Source: Takakia lepidozioides (Eukaryota; Plantae; Bryophyta). From it: DNA of 64,000 bases. The stretch spans positions 87,482,001-87,546,000 of the forward strand of contig CM060731.1 in assembly GCA_030704615.1 (NCBI GenBank), in the 5' to 3' direction. Numbering within the stretch: position 1 is the stretch's first letter; the number at the start of each line of letters is the position of its first letter. The position numbers and the translations under genes were made by a program. Below are positions 33,220-46,990 of this stretch, in pieces. The notes under the pieces were generated by a model. It was given only the letters and a program-made list of their open reading frames with translations. It was not told the DNA's origin and did not search any database.

Positions 33220-36200
33220 CTACGAGCCACTTCGTCTTGCGGCTATTGCCCCCTTTCGAGGGTGGGCCCTATCTAAATATGACAGGTGTCCAGGGGACAC
33301 CGAGTAACCGGGGGTATGAGGTACCTCTGGGTACCTAGGGCCGATGGTACCCAGGGGTACCAGAGATGGGGTGGATTCGAGTTTTCGCTTATTGGTTATG
33401 ATGGCTGTGAGAGAGCGAAGTGCCGTAAGGTGGATGTCTTTAAAGCATGTATGGATGGAGGTGGTGGGGATTTTAAAATTGTCTTGAAGTGTTGAGATAT
33501 TGTCGTTGTGTATGCCCCCTATGGTGCCTGTGGAGATGACGGAGAGTGGGCCCGTGGCCCACCCTCGTCGGCGAATAGCAAGGATAAGCGGAGCGTATTT
33601 CTGGCGCTTTTCGAGGATGGAGGTGTAGGGGAAGCGGTCATGGCAGTACGTAAATTCAATGAAGTGTATGATTAGTGGTGGGGTAGGAGTAGAGGGTGGA
33701 AGGGCGTTGGTGGGAAGTCCCTGAACTAAGAGGATGTCCGGGCAGAGCCTAGCGGGACATGTGCATGTAGCATGGGTTTGGCAAATACAGGGTAATAGCC
33801 AAGATGATATTGTATGTATGGGGGTGGGGGCTACCTTGGTAAGTGCCAGCATTGATGAGTGAGAACCATCTGGTTTCTTTATGTCGTTGTAATAATTTGT
33901 GGATGTGCCATACAACTTGATTGTGCCTGGCGATACGAAGGCCATGCAAGACTGGGTGGGGGCATTTACTGAGAATATGTGGCTAAGTGTCAGGTACGGC
34001 ATGTATATGGGAGCAGGGGGGACAGTGTCGGGATGTAAAAGTGGTTGGCCAGAAGGTATGCTTACGTTGGTGCCCCATATACTGGGCGAATCTAAACTTA
34101 AGTGTTTGTTTGATTTGTGCGTCGGAAGTGGCTTTAGTGTGCTAGAAGTGGTTGGACAGATTATGATGGAGTACTGTGGAGTGTGACCATTTTTGGATTT
34201 GTTGTTTGGTGTGACTGAGAGATGTAGTGGCTTGTTTGTTGGCTTCTTTAGAGAGCGTAGAGCAGAGGTTACGAATAGGTTTAGGTTCGGGGGGGCTTGG
34301 AATTGGATGTATTAGCCAGAAAGGGTGCGTATGTGCAGTGTGGATGGGGTCTGTGGGGGGTTCTACTAGGGGTTTGGAGGCCCCTAGTTGGGCAAGGAGG
34401 TCAGTCTCCTCGTTCCCGTTGATTCTGGTATGTGAGCGTACTTTAAGAAATTGAATGGATTGGTTGAGTGAGATGGCTAAAGTGACGATTGCTGAGATAA
34501 GATTACGATCTGGGTGGTGATGGTGGAAGGATGGGCTGGCTATGTGGTTTCGGAGGAGAAAGAGCGAAGTTAAGCTGTCTGTAAAAATATAGAATGGTGA
34601 GGGGAATGCGTGTAGCTGGGAGAGGGCTTCGTAGATGGCCATAAGTTCGGCACGTAGTATGGTTGCGGGGCCCGGAAGTCGGTGGGCTGTACCAGTGTTA
34701 GTGGCCGCGTGGTCGACTCCATATCTAGCATAGGAGCCAGCTTGGGAGCCATCTGTGTAGTGTACATGTGCTGAGGGGTATTTTAAAGAGATAGGGCCTA
34801 GATGAATTGGAGGTGCTCCAACATGGGTGGTATTGAGTGACGGGATGGGGGCGGGGAGAGGTCAGAATCCATGTTTTGTTTGTTTTTGGTCTGTAGGGGG
34901 ATCGAGATCTGGCGTGTAAAGGTGGCGTTGGAAAGGATGTGATAGCCATGTTGTGAGTGTCGGATAGTAACAGTTTAAGGTGGGTAGAGAAGTCTATAGG
35001 TACATGGGTGTGGGAAGCGTTGTGGACTAACAGGATTAAGGTTAGAGTGGGTTCTTTGTGCCGTAGGTATTCAGGAAAGGGTGGGTTGCGTATGTATCAA
35101 AATTGTATAGACTGGGGGGTTTTGAGATGCTTTAAGTAGTTGTAGTATTGATGGGACCGGGAGGAGGTCTTGGATATTGTGCGGGTAGAGCTTGCAACGC
35201 ATATCACATTGTAAAGTGCAGGAGGCAGATGGGTGGCAAAAGAGGAGACGCAGATAGAGTAGGTAGCGGCGTGTCTTTATCGTGGCCCGTGAGTGTTTTA
35301 AGATGAATTGACTTGAGGTTAGGAGCCGGTGTCCATCCGCAGTGGTGAGTTGGGCAAGGTTAGTGATATGTCGAGCTTTGGAGTAGGCAAGGAAGTGTTT
35401 TTTCTGTTTAGGATGTGAGTTTTCAAATTGTGCGGAAGAGGGGCTATTGTTCCATGCGCGTTCAAGTGGTGATATGGAGGTGGGATAGCCAGGAAGATCA
35501 GTTTGGATGCTTATTTTCATTTGGCGCAGGAGAAAGAGGGTGCGGGCGGTGGGTGAGTGGAGGCAGGATTAGGGGTGGAGGGTGGGGAGGGAGTATAGCC
35601 CGTTGTGTTTGGAGGCGAGGTGCTTGAGTAGTCCTTGGAGAATGAGCCCTAGACGACCCGGGGGGGTTGAGGGCTTCTAGGAGTTGTGTACCAAGTATGC
35701 GGGCATATGAGATAATAAGGGGACTGGATCCTATGCCATGATTGTCTTGGGGGAGCTGAGTGAGGACGTTGGGGGTACTGGTAGGTAATCCATATATACG
35801 TTTGGTGAGTTGGATAATATTTTTGTCCAGCTGTCTAATGTCAGGCGGGGAAAAGGGGGCTGCATGAAAGGCGTATTGGATTTGTGGATGGAGGACTTGT
35901 TGGATGATAGCTAGTTTGGGACGAATGGAAATAGGGGATTTGAGAAGGGCTAGGCTCTTGTTGCTTAGTTTAGAGAGAGTTGTTTGCTTTTGGATGTTCC
36001 AGATAAGCGATGGGACTAGTTGGATGCCTAGGTATATGTAGGGTTCATCTGGACCTAAAAAAAGAAAATATTTTGTTTGGACGGATGTGGAGCTTGCAGT
36101 GGGAGGCGATCGTAGATTTAGTGAATTTGCTATTATGTGTGGCTGCAGTGACCGCACATTTGTGAAGACTCAGTTCCATGCCTGACCATTGGTTAAAGCG

Positions 36201-37030
36201 GGAGAGTTTATCGACCTGGCGGTTGATATATTGTGGCTTGTGTGCTAGGATAGCGAGGGCGTCTGCGTAAGCGGCTGCGGATATTTCCTTAGTAGAGGTT
36301 TTGTATTGGTAGCCTAAGTTGCCTCGGGCAAGCCATCTTAGTAATGGTTCAAGGAAGATAATGAAGAGATAGGGTTCAACGTGTCCCCTTAGATGGTGCC
36401 GCATAGGATGTGAATTGGGGGGGTGGAGCCATAGTAGGAACCAGAATATTCTGTGGTGCCGTTGGTGTAGATGTTACCGATGAGTTGGATGGTGTCGGTG
36501 CGGTAGCCTAGATCTGACATGATGGCCAATAATCTAGGGTGGTCCAGAGAGCCGAACGTGGTTTTGAAGTCGATATAGAGGAGGTAGATGTCTTGTTTGG
36601 TAAGCTTAGCGTCTTCTAGGGCAGAGGTAACGTATTGTATCTAATGGATTGTGCTTCGTGTGGCCCGGAACCCTTCTTGGGGGTCACTTAAACTCTGGTG
36701 TTGCTCAGTAATTAGACAACATCCTTGTTAGGGTACTGGTGAATAATTTATAGATAGTGTTGGCGAGGGCTATTGGTCTGTAATTACTTAGATCTGTTGG
36801 GTCATCTTTTTTTAGTAATAGAATGGTTCGGCTATGTTTCCAGGAGAGTGGGATACGTTGAAGTAGATAGAAAAGTTGAAAAAAATTTAAGAGGAGAGAA
36901 TGGAACTGGGGGTCAAGTGCTTGTAGGATGGGGTTGGGGATTAGATCTGGGCCCGGGGCTTTTGATATAGAAAGAGCTTTTAGACATGAGTTGAATAGGT
37001 CCTGGGTAAAGAAGTTAATGATGTGGTCTT
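33220..37030 (-). mobile_element. 5'-truncated LINE with RT, RNase H and restriction-like endonuclease (RandI/Dualen-like architecture)
   Basis: RT: KAPGPD, NYRPIALANTIYK, AAAYADAL. RNase H: ELMAIYEAL, IFTDS, KVRSH..INGNEETD. C-terminal PDILLV...FIEFTYC...EKRQKY (PD-(D/E)xK-like). Frameshifted. Confidence 0.75.
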
Positions 37031-37277
37031 CGGGTCGAAGTGGGATAGGCCACACGGCGACAATGGCACGTGGAAATCGAAGGGAGGGCCTTCACATGCC
37101 AAGACGACACCCGATGCTCCGAAAGGAAAATCAGGTGCGACGGCTTATGGCGGACAAAAGGCGACCTTCGATGGAGTGTGCTTTAATTGCGGGGAGCTCG
37201 GGCACATGGCTAAGAAGTGCTACAGGGAACGACATCTGCAGAGGAAGTGTGTTACTTCAGGGGTGATGGTTAGTTAG
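37031..37277 (+). mobile_element. gag fragment with a CCHC zinc knuckle
   Basis: CFNCGELGHMAKKC. Confidence 0.6.
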
Positions 37278-40200
37278 TTAGGTGGTTAGAACAGCTTGCG
37301 GGAAGATGAGGAGAGCGGCAATGGGAAGGGGATCACTTCTGGAGGAGGGGGACTTGTTCAGGAGAGGAGGAGACGTAACGGAGAGCGGGGAAAGAGTGTA
37401 GAGGAGAAGATGACTTGAATGAGGCTTAGTTCATGCAAGCTGTAGAATTATCAGTAGGTAGGATAGAATAGAGACACCATGGCATAGGCATGATACATGA
37501 TTAATCTTAATCCGATACTGAATCGATACAAACATACTGTGTAGAATGACACAAGAGAAGCTGTGGAATGAATGCATGATTAACTGGAACTTAGTAGATA
37601 CTGAAGCAATCTGATGCTTCAGTATACACGGTAAGGTAAATTGATAACATGAAGGCAGGAAGGAATACAAATAGGAAGCACAACCATGATTCACTAGCTG
37701 CAGGTCATGACTGATTGTTCTGAGCGGGCTGAGTGCTTTGAGATATCCAACTCTTCTATCTTGGAGTTTCCACCTCGGATAGTGAAGGGATGGGTGAGTA
37801 AAAGCCGCTCGACATTTGGCGACCATAATGGGGAACTGGGTCATGAACAACCAGATGTGACAGGCATCAGGTAGGATCATGGTGGTTGGAGAATTAAAGA
37901 ATTTGATGTGAATCAAATTCCCTATGAAACTGAGAAGGAAAGATTGTCCAAACAATTCTTTCAGAGGTTCTTGGAATTGCCAGACGGTTGTAAAGAAAAC
38001 ATTCTTAAGAGAGTGCATAATGTTGACCCTGAGTGGGGTCTGGAGAAATGAGTGATAAAGATTTATCAGGTGGCCTGTAGAGGAAGAGCACGTTGGTTAC
38101 CAACACTGGTTTATGTGATAGCATTGCTATCCATTAAGCGAGTAGAGTTTGAAGGCTAAGGGGAGGAAAGGAAGGTGAATGTTTATACTCATATGCATGA
38201 GGAGCTTGTACTGGTAAAGAATTGGATTCCAAAGGATATTTGTGGATCAATCAAACTCACACCAAGAACAACTTTCCAGACTTGTTTGCCAATGGTTATA
38301 TGGTAACGGAGACTTCTTAGTATAGCCAAGGTGCATTGCATTGAAGTTTGAAAGAAACTCGGGCATATACGAGAGATACTACAGAAGAGAGTTTTGGTTA
38401 TTGCCACATTAAAGAAATGAAAGACATGGGACATGAGTGATGAAAGAGAAGCTAGACTCCAGAGATATTCAGCAAAAAAAGAAAGTTATCTGAAAGCTAA
38501 TTATCCATATCTTTGGGAGAGAAGAATAGACATAGGGGAATCAATGGACCTCTCACAACCATTAGATCAGAGAGTACATCACCCATACCGGAAGAACTAG
38601 AGTTGGGATTGCCACTCCTTCTTTTCTTTGCAAGAAAGATTAAGGGAATTGGTACAGACAGAAAAGATCAACCACGAGGTGAAAGATCTAAGGTACATCC
38701 TTGGATAAAAGATTTGACAGAAATCTTTGATAAGAGTTGGCATGGAACACCAAAAGCAGGAAACTCCAGTTTCTGATACGGAAGAAGAAGAGAAGAAGAA
38801 GAGAGATGAGGGAGAACCAACAGAGGATGTGGGCAGCCCAAAAGAGAGTTGGACTCTCCAACACCATTGCAATTGAGTTACATGAGTGAAGAAGAAGAAA
38901 TCCAAGGGCAGAACTTGGAAGATAAAAACAGAGAGAAGAAATTGGAGAGGAGAAGAGGAAGAGTATGAAGAAGTAGACCCAACAGCCGAGGTTGAGACTA
39001 CAACCAGGACATCCCAACCCGTTGGACCTGGATCAAGTGGAGCACTTGGATCACAGGCCAACGAAGGTGTCGGCTCAGGGGGATCAGGCGGGCAGCCTGG
39101 ATCTGGCTCTGGGGGGACAGGGCGTGTGGGAAGTAGTGCAACTGGAGCTGGGAATATTGTGAATATAGTGGGGCCAGTAGCAGGGAGTGCTCAGGGCCAG
39201 CACTTGGTGGAAGTACCACCACAACTACAATAGGTCCTCAAGGACCAGCAGCAGCAAGGGGGCCAGCACCTGTCAGTGGGCAGGAGGTAGGGCACAGATG
39301 GCGTTACAACCAAACGAGCAAAACCACATTTCCAATATATTCAGGAAAAGGGAATCCTGATGTACACATTACCCATCTGAGACATGTGTATTGTGAACAA
39401 TGAGAATGGCGATGATGGCCCAAGATGAGACTGTTTCCTTGCTCACTTATAAAGAAAGCAAGTGAATGGTATGCTAGATTCCCTGATAAAATCATTCCTA
39501 ACCTGGAATGGCTTTGAATACAACATTCCGAAATAGGTTTAAGACAAATAAAACTGAGGATGAAGTAATGAAAGTGTTATGGAAGTTTACAACAGTTAAA
39601 GGCAAAAGAAGCATGAAACTGTTGAGGAGTATATGGAAAAGATGGAATTGATGATGAAAAAGTTGGCTGCTGTACCAGCACCAGGGTTACAGAAGACTTG
39701 GTTTGTGAGTGGACTAAGACCAGAGTTACAAAAGAAAGTGGATATGTTACCCTATAATACAGTGGAGGAGGCATTTGAAACAGCGAACAAAATTGAGAGC
39801 AATTGGGAATGCTCCGGAGAGAGAAAAGGGATGATGAGGACTCTGAGGATGAGTCAGATGAGGAAGAAGAGCAAGAGCTTAAAAGGAAGAGTAAGAGGAA
39901 GGAAAATTAAGAGGGATAACTATGAGAAAAGATTAGAAGAAATAAATCTTGAAGAAGTATGCCACAAAGGCTGCAACACATTGGATGAATGGTTGTTTGG
40001 TGTGCAAAAATGCCAGAATGAAGGCCCATACCACCACTGAATGTCACATGAAGGAGAAACACTGTACTATCTTAAAATGGATGACCATTCTAACTGAGAA
40101 TTGTGTATACAACAGAAGACAGCAGCAAGAGAAGAAGAGCAAGCAGCAAGAGACCACTAGGCAAGTAAGGGCTGCATAAGTGCAGCCCCAGCCAAGAAGA

Positions 40201-41722
40201 AACATGATCAGGACCACTAGGGTAGGCCTGGTGGTTATAACAATGACATGGAAGGGAGAGGTAATCCAAGAGGGAATTACCAAGGAAATTCTAGAGGCAA
40301 CTATCAGGGTAATCCAAGGGGGAATTACCAGCTAGGGAATCAGGATTACAGAAACAATCCCAGAAAAGACCAAAGGGAGAGAAGGGGAAGAAGGAGTACC
40401 ATTGTAAATGGGGACAGGAAAAGAACTGTTGTTCTATAATGAAGATGGAAGTGATGTGCCAGAAGATGATGAGGCTTGGAGAGATGAGAGGAACTGCACA
40501 AGGAAGTGACAGATAGCCATAAGGGAATATGCAAAAGAGTATTGATATTCCTATGTCAGATTCCTCTGATTCTGAACAGATTCCTCTGATTCTGAAAGAG
40601 AAGAGGAAGTGACTGAGGATGAAGGGAAGAAAGAAGCTGCAGAAATGCAGAGTAATGAAGGGACTTTGGCTGAAGTAATATGCCAGTCCAAAGCGGAGAT
40701 TACCATTGGACAGCTATTGGTTGTGGCACCTTATTGTAGACACAAGGCTGTATCAAGCAATCAATTGAATTGCAAGCAATCAATTGAATTGCCCATGTGA
40801 CAGGGAACACAGACCTGAACAGCAAGGTGACCAGTTATAATGTGAAGCCGGAAGGGCGAGAAACAGTCATGGACTTTGATGATGATTCTATGCACAGTAA
40901 TCCAATTGAGAATTGGAAGCACCGAACTAACTGATGTACTGATAGATGGAGGCTCTGGAGTGAATATCATGACAAACCAATTAAGGCAGAAGTTTGGTCT
41001 AAGTAATATGAAAGCAGCCCCATTTACAATAACAATGGCAGATCAAAGAAGTGTACATCCATTGGGATTGATAAGAGGAGTTAAGATACAAATAGCTGAG
41101 GCTAAGTTCATATACTCGATAGAGTATACAACTTGGCTATCACCCATTGTGATAGTTCCCAAGAAGAATGGCAAATTGAGAGTTTGTGTGAACTATAAGA
41201 AGTTGAATGCTTGTACAAAGAGGATCATTTTCCCTTGCCATTCACAGAAGCTGTACTGGACACTGTGGCAAGCCATGAGATGTACTCATTCATGGATGGC
41301 TTCAGTGGGTATAACCAAGTGCAAGTAGCGGAAGAAGACCAGGGAAAGACAGCTTTCATCACAGACTGGGGTGCTTATGCATACAAAGTCATGTCTTTTG
41401 GACTTTGTAATGCACCAACAACTTTCCAGAGAGTGATAAGTGAATCTTTCCATGAGTATCTGGATGATTTCATGCAAGTGTTCTTAGATGACTTCAGTGT
41501 GTACAGTTCTAAGAATGAGCACGTTGGAGTTATATTTGGCCAGATGTAGGATGAGAGGTCTTGGTCTGAATCCAAAAAAATGTACTTTCTGTGTGAACTC
41601 AGGGGTATTATTGGGACACATTGTGTGTAAGAAGGGACTGCTTCTGGATCCTAGAAAGACAGAGGCTATTAAAGCCTCACCACCACCAAGTAACGTTAAG
41701 GGTCTAAGGAGGTTCCTTGGAC
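37278..41722 (+). mobile_element. Decayed sister copy of the Gypsy element at 51626-64000 (partial LTR, PBS, upstream ORF, gag, protease, RT)
   Basis: LTR ends ...GACA at 37814, followed by PBS TGGCGACCAT. Protease VLIDGGSGVNIM and RT QVFLDDF are present. Internal deletions near 40375 and 41092. Truncated in RT just before the tandem array. Confidence 0.9.
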
Positions 41723-41759
41723 AATCATCGATTAACACACTTTGAATGTAGCTAATTTC

Positions 41760-42472
41760 GAACACCCTATCCCGGCGACGGATGACTTTCGGCGCCGAAA
41801 TAGGGATGAACATACCCGTGAGCAAAAAGAAATTTCAGCCCACGAATAAATTTCGGCGCTGAAATAAGGATGAACATACGCGGGAGCAAAAAAGAATTTC
41901 AGCCCACGGATGAATTTCGGCGCCGAAATAAGGATGAACTTACCTGTGAGCAAAAAAGAATTTCCACCCATAAATGAATTTCGGCGCCGAAATAGGGATG
42001 AACGAACCCGTGAACAAAAATGAATTTAAACCCATGGATGAATTTCGACGCCGAAATAGGGATGAAGATACGCGTGAGTAAAAGGTTATTTCGACCCACG
42101 GATGATTTTCGGCGCTGAAATATGGATGAACATAACTGTGAGCAAAAAGTTATTTTGACCTAAGGATGAATTTCGGCGCCGAAATAGGGATGAACATACC
42201 CTATATCAAGAAAGAATTTAAACCCACGGATGAATTACGGCGCCGAAATAGGGATGAACGTACCCGTGAGCAGATTGATGAATCACGATGTCGCAAAAAG
42301 GTTGAACAGACAAGAATGCAGACGACAAGGGGACAGAACCATTGGATTGCGGCGCCGTAATAGGGACGATCGGGCCCATTACGTCGAAAAAAAACCCATA
42401 CACATACACACAACCTCGTTCATGGATGAATTCGGCGCCGAAATAGGCCAATCCTGAGGAACCGCCGCCGGG

Positions 42473-42507
<35 letters not shown>

Positions 42508-42945
42508 GGTCATGGATGAATTTCGGTGCCGAAATAGTGATGAACATACCCGTGAGCAAAAAATTATTTCGGACCACGAATGAATTTCGGCGCCGAAATA
42601 GGGATGAACGTACCTGGGAGCAAAAAGTTATTTCGACCCACGGATGAATTTCGGCGCCGAAATAGGGAAGAACGTACCTGGGAGCAAAAAGTTATTTCGA
42701 CCCACGGATGAATTTCGGCGCCGAAATAGGGATGAACGTACCCGTGAGCAAAAAGTTATTTCGACCTACGGATAAATTTCGGCGCCATAATAGGGATGAA
42801 CGTACCCGTAATCAAAATGATTTAAACCCATGGATGAATTTTGGCGCCGAAATAGGGATGAACATACCCGTGAGTAGAAAGATATTTTGACCCACGGATA
42901 ATTTTCAACGCCGAAATTCGGATGAACATACCCGTGAACAAAAGT
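41760..42945. repeat. ~63-64-bp tandem array (~17 units) built on the palindrome ATTTCGGCGCCGAAAT
   Basis: Unit approximately GGATGAATTTCGGCGCCGAAATAGGGATGAACATACCCGTGAGCAAAAAGTTATTTCGACCCAC. Interrupted at about 42270-42505 by divergent sequence and a 33-A run. Confidence 0.92.
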
Positions 42946-44509
42946 TAGGGCTGAATCTCACCAAATAGATGTATTCGACCATAGTGTCCAAGATAAGCCG
43001 GCGGACTAGGTGCGACCTGCTTTCACCTCTGACTTCCTTAACAACTCCAGATTGATGGCTGTTTTAAAGTCCTTCAGAGGTGCAAGTCCCACTTCTTGCA
43101 CTCTATACAGCACAACATATGTGTCATGTGCGTTTTTACGCTTCTCTGTCACCCTGTCACAGAACACACACATTCCAATAATGACAACGCAATCGGCCCG
43201 TATGCAGAAGAAATGATGACATTGAATCCAATTGGATGGGTCTGATATAGTGGCTGCTACGCAAACAGAAGGTCTATCATGAACAAGTCATAGTAAGGGC
43301 GACGTTAATCCTCCGTCTGAGGATTCGTTGGAAAATTTTCGGATGACAATTTCATCGGCCAATTCTCGTACCTATATTTCATTATGAGGACCTTCGAGGA
43401 CTCTGGGCCAGGTCTATAAGTCATCCAATTCCAAATGAAACCAGGATATATTACAATTACGGCGCCATTATATGCTACCGAACTTAGATTTCTTAGCCTA
43501 AATCTGCAGTACAAAGGCACGAACACCTCGACGTGAAACCCAACGGTCAATATTCACTGACTGCCGTACGCAATTTCCGCAATAGCGACTGCAGCGGCAC
43601 ATAAATGAGTACTTCATGTCTTTACAACCAAGTATGCATTTTACAAAAATGCAAATTCGTAGAAAAAACATCATTTCCATGTATAAAACTTGTCATCAAA
43701 TAGCAATGTCACTTATCATCTCTATAACAGTGTCATTGTTCATCCATCATCTGGGTCAGTTCATTCATATTGCAGTGTCATAATTCATCAGTGGAGGGGC
43801 CGACTGGTGTCAGACTGGGACCGTTTATTCCTATTGCGGCACCGCAATTCATCCAAAAAGACACCGCATATCATCCAAAGCGCTCTTTATCGTCTTCAAG
43901 ATAGACTCGTTCATCTAAATTAAGATGAACATACCCATAATAAAAAGGAGTCGGGCCATCCGCAGAACGTGATAACCCGACACTATTGAAATACGTCGTC
44001 GTAATATAGTTGAATGGGCCCATCTGTAGAACGGAATAGCCCGGCACAGATGAATTAATACGCCATATTATGGATGAACATGCCAATCCCCATAGCGGGA
44101 TAACCCGACACTGATGAGTTGCGGCGCTGTAATAGGGATAAACGGCCCATCCCGAGGAACGGAAAGCATTCCTGGCCTAGATGAGTTCCACTGTTGGATG
44201 TGAGATCCCCAATAAGACCTAGGCCCTCGTCCGAGATGTCATTGCCCTTACAGGCAACGGTCGCGGACCAAGTACAGATCCAAAGTTGTCAGGTCTATAG
44301 CGATCCCTGACCCAAGCCTTTAAGAGACAATATTGTCAGAGATAGCAAAGCACTACTCAAAAACCATCAAACCAGAGATGTGGAAAAACTACATCATATC
44401 ACCACCGCTTGTGTGGACCCGGCCGAGAAGGTATGCAAATGTCTGCTACTATTTTACTGTCTCATTAAAATCCTCTGTCACCTATCAAAATTGCTCTCTA
44501 ACATATGTT

Positions 44510-45260
44510 ACAAGATGAGTGCGGAAGCCTTGAAAGTGTGGACGGAAAAAAATGTTGCACCCACCTTGAAGAAGAGATGACTTGCATCAACAGCATGGAC
44601 CATCTAACCTGCGATGGCCAGAAGGTAAGCTCTAGAGTTGTCTAGTGTAAATTGCGGCGCCCTTATTCTAATTGTGGGGAATCTTATGTCAAAATAACGA
44701 CCTTGTTTTTGTGCAGCCTCTTCTATTTGACACATTCACCAAGAAGAATTCAATTTTGAATTCTAGGGAGACGGTTGTATGGTTGACTCCATAGTGGACC
44801 CTATAGAGTATGACATTCTCTTCAACCATGTCTCACCACGCAATATTCCATGGGACATGAGGGGGAGGGCTTGGAGGCATGGGAGGACAAGAAGTCCCAC
44901 TTTCATTCAAATGCTGATGGAAACATGTTCAAGCATAGAAGGCAGGGTGTTGGACATTGCAGCCAACACAAGTAGGAGATTCTTGTAGTTGCGGTGTCGT
45001 TATTAGAGTCCATTGTCCTCTATAGATATTCATGGATTTACTATGGCTACTCACGATTGCTATTGACATATTTATTCTTGATCACTAGACTCATGGATAG
45101 GTGCTTCAATGTACTGGGCCGGGCGCGAGTCTAGTCGGCATGTCTTTGCATTTGAAGGAAAAACAGCCTTCTACGACTCCCATGTAGCGGGCCTGCAGCA
45201 GTTGCCAGCAGAGGAGGAGCATGAGGACAATGAGGACTGCAAGAAATGACCTTCTGGCAA
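44510..45260 (+). pseudogene. Diverged fourth copy (D) of the MTase-like gene
   Basis: ALKVWTEKNVAPTLKKR...|intron|...DPIEYDILFNH...GRTRSPTFIQMLMETCSSIEGRVLDIAANT|intron|ASMY.AGRESSRHVFAFE, with the same intron positions as copies A-C. Confidence 0.7.
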
Positions 45261-45453
45261 AGAATGGCATTTGTATTTCAGTCTTTGTTTCATCAACCAT
45301 CTCCTCATTGGACGAGTCTGCAAGGCTGTAACATGGCAGTATGTAAATATTGCCATATGTCAACAAACGTTTAGGGTTTATAATGGTCAAACATGGATGT
45401 CGCTATAATTGAACCAAACACACTTACAATGGTGCAACTCACTCAAATACATG

Positions 45454-46990
45454 CATGGCAAGGTGGACACCAAAAAGTGTCACCCCGGTCCTCCTGAAAA
45501 AATGGTTCTGCATCAATACGAAGGGGTTGCGAACAGAGGGCCAGAGTGTAGGTTATCAATCTATTGCATTCATTCATATTGTGGTGTATCTAAACTAGAC
45601 CCTGGAGTGGGTCCCTATTTTGTTGGATGTGCAGACATTGGTGTTTGAGGCATATTGTTTTGTGAAGAGAGGGTCTACGTTCAAATTCCGCAATGACGGT
45701 CGTCTTGTTGATGCCACTGTGGACCCTGTTACCTACGATGTTCTCTACAACTATGTGCCCCAATCCAGTATGCCGAAGGACACAAAGACAGGCAAACCAT
45801 GGCGGTACGGCCGGACCCGGAGCCCTGCTTTCATCTAAACCCTCATGGAGACGTGCTCGGATGTCCAAGGGCGGATTCTTGACCTCACATGCGGCACGAG
45901 TAAGCCTTCACGTGCACATTTTGTCCCCTGGCCCGATTGCAATTGCATGCCGCATGCTACTAACCACCCGCTTTGTCCCTCGGGTGCTTCAATGTGGGCA
46001 GGGACATTGTCCAACAGGCATGTCTTCGCCTTCGAGCCAGATATTGCCCTCCACAACTCTGAACTTGCAGCGGCTGAACGTCTGCCAAAAGAGGAAGAGG
46101 CATCCTCGGAGGATGAGGAAGAATCCGAGAAGGAGGTGGGGGAGATACAAGTTGGGATCGAGGCCGATGAGCCCCCGGTTTACGAGTGAGTGGTCGCATT
46201 GTAAGTTGCCTCTTGATTTTGTGAGGCACCTCCCTTCGCTCTCTTATTTCATTGAAAGACCCTTTTTGGCTTCTACTGGTATTGACATTCTTAAAGTGGA
46301 TTTGTTCTTACTACAGGATGTCAAGTACTGCAGGAGGGACGTCTATACCGCAGTTCATGGGCAGGAGGAACATGCCTTTTTTTGCCAGGGGGGATTTCAT
46401 GTCGAGTCCAGAAAGGGACTACATCCTTCCTACTTATGTTGCCCGGCTTGCTTCGGTGTCCATTAGGAGGTCTTCCGAACCTAATCGTGTACAGCAGATT
46501 TTAGACGAGGCAAGCCTCAAGAAAATGAAGATGAGGGAGGAGGCAGCAGCTATTAGAGCCCGTCAGGCTTGTAGATTTGTCTTGGATTCTGCTGAGGAAA
46601 GTGGGGGAGAAGAGGCAGAAGATTCCCAGGAGGTGAGGTGGACAGTCCCCCAAGGAGAGGACGGAATTTTTGAGAGGCATAGTGGAACATCACAGAGCTC
46701 GGAGGATGGGGGGGATGAGGGGGATGAGGAGGAAGGTGGGGCAAGTTCCAGAGTAGTGCCCATTCCGGCTATGACAGTTAGGACACATTTGTATAGATGT
46801 GGCTTGCCACAAAATTTGCAATAAAATGTTGCATTTCATTGCTATGACGAGTCCACTGGTGCCACATTCCAACTTCACATGACCCTATTTCCGTGCCTCC
46901 TAACCCTATTTCCGTGGACACACAATGGTCCGCTCATGTTTTTTTTTTTTCCACTCATGCTCATGCCGCTCATGAAATAGCAGCCCCCCC
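45454..46990 (+). mobile_element. 5'-truncated copy C of the MTase-like element, closely similar to copy A
   Basis: Colinear reverse complement of about 6186-7725. Contains ILDLTCGT and an in-frame stop at 45836-45838. Ends CATGAAATAGCAGCCCCCCC at 46990. Confidence 0.85.

Noticed and set aside
41760-42945. CRISPR array or coding repeat ORFs
   Set aside because: The inter-palindrome segments are similar to one another, so this is a tandem repeat. The short ORFs are by-products.
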